64,000 nt of DNA. Source: Armatimonadota bacterium. GTDB taxonomy: Bacteria > Armatimonadota > HRBIN16. A program made the position numbers and the translations under genes. Of the stretch, positions 58,938 to 64,000 are shown piece after piece. The stretch is taken from the NCBI GenBank assembly GCA_963677485.1, contig OY781964.1, positions 4,096,001 to 4,160,000 of the forward strand, in the 5' to 3' direction. A model generated the notes under the pieces. It had not been told where the DNA came from, did not search any database, and saw only the letters and a list, made by a program, of their open reading frames with translations. Numbering within the stretch: position 1 is the first letter of the stretch; each line of letters starts with the position of its first letter.

Positions 58938-60047
58938 ATGGAACGTACACCGAGCATCTTGATCGTAGATGATACTCCGGCTAACCTTCATTTGCTGACA
59001 GGCATGCTGAAGGATCTGGGGTATAAGGTCCGGTCGGTCTCTGACGGGCAGTTTGCACTTCGGACTGCGAAGCATGATCCGCCCGATCTGATACTGCTTG
59101 ATGTGATGATGCCTGACATGAACGGATACGAAGTGTGCAGCCTGCTCAAAGCAGATGATGAGCTGTCAGACATACCAGTCATATTCATCAGTGCCTTGAA
59201 TGAAACCATGGATAAGGTGAAGGCCTTTCAAGTGGGCGGCCTCGACTATATCACCAAACCATTTCAACTTGGAGAGGTTCAAGCCCGTGTCGCGACGCAC
59301 TTGGAGCTGCACAAGCAGAGGCGTTTGCTGCAGGAGAGCTACGAACAGCTGCGCAAGCTTGAGGAACTCAGAGATAATCTGGTACATATGATCGTGCATG
59401 ATATGCGATCACCATTGACCAGCATGAAGGGATTTCTTGAACTGCTCGATATGGTTGAAGGTGAAGCACTATCAACCGATGGACGTGAATATGTGTCCAT
59501 CGTGTCAAAGTCAACCGACAACCTCATCGAGCTGACTACGACGCTGCTTGATGTCAGCAAGATCGAAGCCGGTGAGATGCCGATAGAGTTAAGCGAATGC
59601 CATCCCGCTAGCATAATACGTACGGTGGTAGATCGGCTCGAATCGTTACGTAAACAGCGGAATGTCTCGGTTGAAGGGCCAGATGAGACGGTGACCGTGC
59701 GAGCTGATGCAAAGATGCTGGACCGGATTATGCAAAATCTGTTGGGAAACGCCTTGAAGTTCACTCCAGATCACGGTTCTATCACTGTCGGATTTAGTGT
59801 TGATAGCAGTGGATTACATGTTTATGTCCGGGACAACGGACCTGGGATTCCAGTTGAGAGTCGTGAGAGAATCTTTGAGAAATTCGGCCAAGCGTCGCAA
59901 AACAAGAATCTACAGCAGTATTCCACTGGGCTTGGGCTCACCTTCTGTAAACTGGCTGTAGAGGCCCACGGCGGGTCCATAGGGGTTGACAGTGAGCTTG
60001 GGAAGGGGAGCACCTTCTGGTTCACTATACCGGCGAAAACTTCATAA
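58938..60047 (+). CDS. REC-HisKA-HATPase hybrid kinase/response regulator
   Basis: IVDD, LLDVMMP, DYITKP, VHDMRSPL, NLLGNALKF, STGLGL. Confidence 0.92.
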   Translation: MERTPSILIVDDTPANLHLLTGMLKDLGYKVRSVSDGQFALRTAKHDPPDLILLDVMMPDMNGYEVCSLLKADDELSDIPVIFISALNETMDKVKAFQVGGLDYITKPFQLGEVQARVATHLELHKQRRLLQESYEQLRKLEELRDNLVHMIVHDMRSPLTSMKGFLELLDMVEGEALSTDGREYVSIVSKSTDNLIELTTTLLDVSKIEAGEMPIELSECHPASIIRTVVDRLESLRKQRNVSVEGPDETVTVRADAKMLDRIMQNLLGNALKFTPDHGSITVGFSVDSSGLHVYVRDNGPGIPVESRERIFEKFGQASQNKNLQQYSTGLGLTFCKLAVEAHGGSIGVDSELGKGSTFWFTIPAKTS

Positions 60048-60091
60048 TGGCGGATCATCCCGTGGTCATTTTGTTCGTAAAACCACCGCAC

Positions 60092-60120
60092 TTGTGAAAA
60101 TCATGATTTCGGGTTATAAT
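60092..60120 (+). promoter_or_regulatory. sigma70 promoter of tRNA-Cys
   Basis: TTGTGA-17 nt-TATAAT. Confidence 0.6.
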
Positions 60121-60132
60121 ATTTTTGCTCAA

Positions 60133-60207
60133 GGCGCCATACCCAAGTGGCTAAGGGAGCGGTCTGCAAAACCGCGATCACCGGTTCGATTCCGGTTGGC
60201 GCCTCCA
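60133..60207 (+). tRNA. tRNA-Cys (GCA)
   Basis: GGCGCCATACCCAAGTGGCTAAGGGAGCGGTCTGCAAAACCGCGATCACCGGTTCGATTCCGGTTGGCGCCTCCA. Confidence 0.95.
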
Positions 60208-60217
60208 ACCTCTTACT

Positions 60218-61672
60218 CTATTTCCCACTATTCACAAACTCAGGCTTCTCGTCACTGGTATCAACCAAGCGCAGAATCTGCTCTGCGAAGAGTGCCACTC
60301 GCTTTTGTCCCCATGTGTTTAGTCGGTCTACAGTGTCTGTGGGCTTATGGTAGTCTTCGTGTAAGCCGGTAAAAAGAAACAGGCAAGGCACATGGGCGTT
60401 CATGAAGGCGGCAAAGTCCGACACACCGGAATACCCGTCTTCCTTGGATATCTGGAAGGGGATGAGCGCTTTTTGGTTGGCTTCGTCCAGCATACCACTC
60501 CATCGCTTATCACTGCCGACACACATCGCCCAAAGCTTGTCATTCCTCAGGCGGCCCACCATATCGAGGTCCAAAACGGCTTCGATCTGCTCAAGTGGCC
60601 ATGCCGGTTGTTTGATGAAGGCGTTTGAACCTAAAATTCCTTTTTCCTCGCCCATGTACGCAATGAATAGAACCGGTCGACGCAGCGGATGGTCCTTCAA
60701 CGCAGAGGCCAAAGCCAGCATCACAGCACTTCCGCTGGCGTTGTCGTCTGCACCCGGGTAGAGCGTGCCACCGACCACGCCAAGATGATCTGCATGTGCC
60801 CCAACCAGTACGGGCCGTTCGGCCATCTTCGGGTCTGTGCCTTCCAGCCAGCCGGCTACGTTGCTGGCTCCTGTGTTGACAGTCTTGAGTGTGATGCTCA
60901 TAGACACGACGGGTGATAGGCCTTTTTGAAGGGCGTCCAGCAACGGTTGTGCGGCAGACCGCTTGATGCGCATGACTGGAAGAGACATAGTGATCTGGTC
61001 ACCGGTGGGAATATCAGCCTTCCACTGGCTGTCGTCTACCACAAATAGAATCCCTTTGGCTTTCCGCATGGCGGCCTGAACGATCTTGAGCGGCAGTTGG
61101 CTTCGGCTGCTATCAAGGGCATCGTTAGTCGGTGCTCCATCGCTGATCACCACGATTTTGTCTGCAACGACTATCCCTGCATAGTCGTCATGCGAGCCAT
61201 CTGGGGCCACATATCCGTAATTCACGTATACCGCCGGCGCAGCGACCGAAGTGGAGGCACTCAGCATATCTGCGCGGTAATCCCGCTGCCACACAGGCCG
61301 TCTTGGCTGGTGTTCCCATGACAGGGTGCTGTGTGGGCTCTCGATGAAGTGGCCAAATACGGAGAATGGATGGTAATACCCTGAACCATCGCATTTGGCC
61401 GTGAGGTCATCCATTTTGGAGCTGCCAAGCATTGATAGGCCGATTCGGCTAAACTCTTGGGTGACATACTGCTGCGCTTGTCTACCGCCTTCTGTGCCCG
61501 TAGCGCGGCCGTTCATCTGTGGTGAACACAGTGCGGTATCCAGGGTGTAGAGGTGAGCCCGGCTGATCGGCTCAGCATAGATGCTGCACGATAGCTGTGA
61601 TAAGATCAAGGCCACCCATATCAGGCGGCCTAGTGGACACAGTCTATGATAGCGACTATTGTGGCTATTCAA
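60218..61672 (-). CDS. M28 family aminopeptidase with PA domain
   Basis: GRATGTEG, GAHADHLG, GADDNASG, GEEKGILGS, LDMVGR, DYHKPTD. Confidence 0.9.
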   Translation of the reverse strand: MNSHNSRYHRLCPLGRLIWVALILSQLSCSIYAEPISRAHLYTLDTALCSPQMNGRATGTEGGRQAQQYVTQEFSRIGLSMLGSSKMDDLTAKCDGSGYYHPFSVFGHFIESPHSTLSWEHQPRRPVWQRDYRADMLSASTSVAAPAVYVNYGYVAPDGSHDDYAGIVVADKIVVISDGAPTNDALDSSRSQLPLKIVQAAMRKAKGILFVVDDSQWKADIPTGDQITMSLPVMRIKRSAAQPLLDALQKGLSPVVSMSITLKTVNTGASNVAGWLEGTDPKMAERPVLVGAHADHLGVVGGTLYPGADDNASGSAVMLALASALKDHPLRRPVLFIAYMGEEKGILGSNAFIKQPAWPLEQIEAVLDLDMVGRLRNDKLWAMCVGSDKRWSGMLDEANQKALIPFQISKEDGYSGVSDFAAFMNAHVPCLFLFTGLHEDYHKPTDTVDRLNTWGQKRVALFAEQILRLVDTSDEKPEFVNSGK

Positions 61673-62426
61673 TTGGCCAGTCGTGCATCACTTTCAAGTA
61701 TGAGTCGTCGGTCAGATTCATCTGTAAAGGGGTGACCGCCACATATCCAGTTCGTACCAGGTTGACATCGCTGTCGTCGGCTTCGCCTTCTTCTACAGGA
61801 GTGCCGGTCAGCCAGTAATAGGCGCCTCCGCGAGGGTCTTGCCGTTTGTCGATGCGGTCATGGTATTGCCTGCGTCCCATGCGGCTTAGTTTCAAGCCTT
61901 TCACGCGCTCCCAGGGGGCGCTAGGTGCGTTGATGTTGATCAAAGAGCCTTCTGGCAGGCCATGCAACAACACCATCTCTGCGACGCGTGCAATCGCCTG
62001 CTCAGCCGCATCGTAGTCGCAGATGCCCGAGTTGGTGCATGTGCTCACAGCGATGCTCGGGATGCCAAAAACCGTGCCCTCCATGGCCGCCGCGAGGGTG
62101 CCTGAATAGAAAACATCCCAGCCTAAGTTCGCACCGTGGTTGATCCCGCTGACCACCAGGTCACACTGGTCGTTCATGACCGCCGAGAGAGCAAGGGTGA
62201 CGCAGTCTGACGGTGTGCCGCTGCAGCAGTATCCTGCGCTGCCGTCGGCAAGACGGGCCTGTTTCAAGCGGAGCGGCTTATGTAGCGTGATGGCATGGCT
62301 GGCCCCGCTGCGGGGGCTTTCTGGAGCCACAACCACCACTTCACCGTAGGGCAACAACGCGCGACGCAGCCTCCAGAGGCCGTCGGCATGGATGCCGTCA
62401 TCATTCGAGATTAGTATTCTTTTCAC
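61665..62426 (-). CDS. surE: 5'/3'-nucleotidase SurE
   Basis: ILISNDDG, SGASHAIT, GTPSDCV, SGINHGANLG, YSGT. GTG start at 62426. Confidence 0.96.
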   Translation of the reverse strand: MKRILISNDDGIHADGLWRLRRALLPYGEVVVVAPESPRSGASHAITLHKPLRLKQARLADGSAGYCCSGTPSDCVTLALSAVMNDQCDLVVSGINHGANLGWDVFYSGTLAAAMEGTVFGIPSIAVSTCTNSGICDYDAAEQAIARVAEMVLLHGLPEGSLININAPSAPWERVKGLKLSRMGRRQYHDRIDKRQDPRGGAYYWLTGTPVEEGEADDSDVNLVRTGYVAVTPLQMNLTDDSYLKVMHDWPIE

Positions 62427-62539
62427 AACTACAGGATAGCATATGAGGGCCTGTGTCGGCATCCAGGAAGGTTAGGCAATACATCATTATCGGCGAATGA
62501 CCACACGTATGACCCCCACACATCCCTGTAAAAATGCGG

Positions 62540-62567
62540 CTACGGGCGGCCAGATGGCCGCCCGTAG
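62540..62567. terminator. GC-rich hairpin (terminator or REP)
   Basis: CTACGGGCGGCC-AGAT-GGCCGCCCGTAG perfect 12-bp stem downstream of the trpB2 operon. Confidence 0.5.
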
Positions 62568-62606
62568 TGAGTGCGATGAAGTTTGTTGGAATATCTAGCC
62601 AGAGGC

Positions 62607-62912
62607 CTAGTAAATCTCCGTCAGCTTCCAACTGAATAGCCGAAGGGGCACATGGCGGGGACTGCGCGATTCGCGCAGCAGGCGGATGCTCTCCTTCACC
62701 TGAGCCAGTTGTTCAGCGGTGCATGCGCAGTGGATGGTGGTATTAACACCAGGCCACACGGCGGAGTTCTCACGACGGCCGTTCTCACTCATACCGCTGA
62801 CGTCCTGCGACACGGTATAGCCGGGTACCTTGGCTTCATCAAGAAGCTGAAGCACATGTTCGGAGACACCTGTATCACATACGATCAGGGCCATAAGCAT
62901 CTCGTCCGTCAT
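62607..62912 (-). CDS. P-II-like protein (PG0541-family-like)
   Basis: GYTVSQDVSG, VWPGVN and LRLFSW pattern of the P-II-like fold. Confidence 0.6.
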   Translation of the reverse strand: MTDEMLMALIVCDTGVSEHVLQLLDEAKVPGYTVSQDVSGMSENGRRENSAVWPGVNTTIHCACTAEQLAQVKESIRLLRESRSPRHVPLRLFSWKLTEIY

Positions 62913-62924
62913 TTGAACTACTCC

Positions 62925-64000
62925 TTAATCTTCCAGGTGTCCGCTGAGGTAAGCCTCATAGGCGGGCAGATCAAGCATGCCGTTACCGCTCAAGTTGAAC
63001 AAGATCACACGTTCCTTGCCTTCTTGCTTGGCCGCCAATGCCTCGTCAATTGCTGCTTTAATGGCATGGCTGGATTCCGGTGCCGGCACCGTGCCTTCAG
63101 CGCGAGCAAACGTGATCGCTGCTTCAAATACGCTGGTTTGTGGATATGAGGCAGCTTCTACCAAGCCGTGCTTGTAAGCATGGCTGACAGTAGGTGCCAT
63201 CGCGTGGTATCGTAGCCCGCCAGCGTGAATACTTGGCGGCATGAAGTCGTGCCCAAGGGTATACATCAGCATCAGGGGAGTCGTCATTGCGGTGTCCCCG
63301 AAGTCATAGCGGTACTCACCCGTCGTTAAGCTGGGGCAACTGCTGGGTTCTACTGCCAGGCAGCGGACCTTCTTACCACCCTCACCTCGAAGATTACGGC
63401 CAACCCATGGGAAAGATACCCCCGCGAAGTTGCTTCCGCCGCCTACACAGCCAATGACCACATCCGGTTCTTCGCCGGCCATCTCCATCTGTAGGATGGT
63501 CTCTTGACCGATGACCGTCTGATGCAGACATACATGGTTCATGACGCTGCCCAGCGAATATTTCGTGCCTGGGTGGGTCACGGTGTCTTCGATGGCTTCA
63601 GAGATCGCGATGCCCAGGCTGCCGGGGCAGTTCGGATCTTCAGCTAGCACGCGACGACCATAGGCGGTGTTCTCGCTTGGACTGGCGTATACGGTGCCAC
63701 CCCAGGTGTGCATCAGCAGGCCGCGGTAGGGCTTGGTCTGATAGCTAATCTTAACCTGGTATATCACACACTCGATATCAAACATCTGGCATGCCATCGC
63801 AAGGCTGGCTCCCCACTGGCCTGCACCCGTTTCCGTAGCCAACCGTTTGATACCGGCTTGTTTGTTGTAATAAGCCTGCGCGACCGCGGTGTTAGGTTTA
63901 TGGCTGCCTGCCGGACTGCCACCTTCATACTTGTAATAGATATGGGCGGGCGTATCCAGTAACTTCTCAAGGCGACGGGCTCTGAAAAGAGGGCTTGGAC
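62925..64000 (-). CDS. trpB2: TrpB2 (TrpB-like PLP enzyme), 5'-partial
   Basis: [50 protein letters not shown]; frame runs off the window end. Confidence 0.92.
   Translation of the reverse strand, partial: PSPLFRARRLEKLLDTPAHIYYKYEGGSPAGSHKPNTAVAQAYYNKQAGIKRLATETGAGQWGASLAMACQMFDIECVIYQVKISYQTKPYRGLLMHTWGGTVYASPSENTAYGRRVLAEDPNCPGSLGIAISEAIEDTVTHPGTKYSLGSVMNHVCLHQTVIGQETILQMEMAGEEPDVVIGCVGGGSNFAGVSFPWVGRNLRGEGGKKVRCLAVEPSSCPSLTTGEYRYDFGDTAMTTPLMLMYTLGHDFMPPSIHAGGLRYHAMAPTVSHAYKHGLVEAASYPQTSVFEAAITFARAEGTVPAPESSHAIKAAIDEALAAKQEGKERVILFNLSGNGMLDLPAYEAYLSGHLED

Overview
This is bacterial chromosomal DNA, probably Armatimonadota. That assignment is an inference from a DUF1559-like prepilin/H-X9-DG protein, RCC1 proteins with dockerin-like tails, a TolC and a YjbH-like protein. 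The housekeeping backbone carries glycoside hydrolases (GH106, GH63-like, GH38), ispG, an NCS2 permease, a TetR-EmrB-EmrA-TolC efflux operon, a complete Rrf2-sufCBD-Rieske-sufSUT operon, Lrp-aminotransferase, CRP, uppS-dxr, two hybrid histidine kinases, surE, trpB2 and three tRNAs (Ile2-CAT, Pro-TGG, Cys-GCA). The most unusual feature is a dispersed repeat system of 9-bp-periodic arrays anchored on TCTGAACC/GGTTCAGA. These occur as cargo-free inverted pairs, as nested inverted repeats around a Y1/HUH transposase, and as 69-bp direct repeats around a toxin-antitoxin cassette. That cassette lies in an integrase-free, decaying island behind tRNA-Pro. The island encodes membrane proteins that share a near-identical zinc-ribbon N-terminus and promoter but have different C-termini. 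Separate palindromic REP/REPIN-like families are also present. All comparisons and identity counts were made by eye; no database searches were run.
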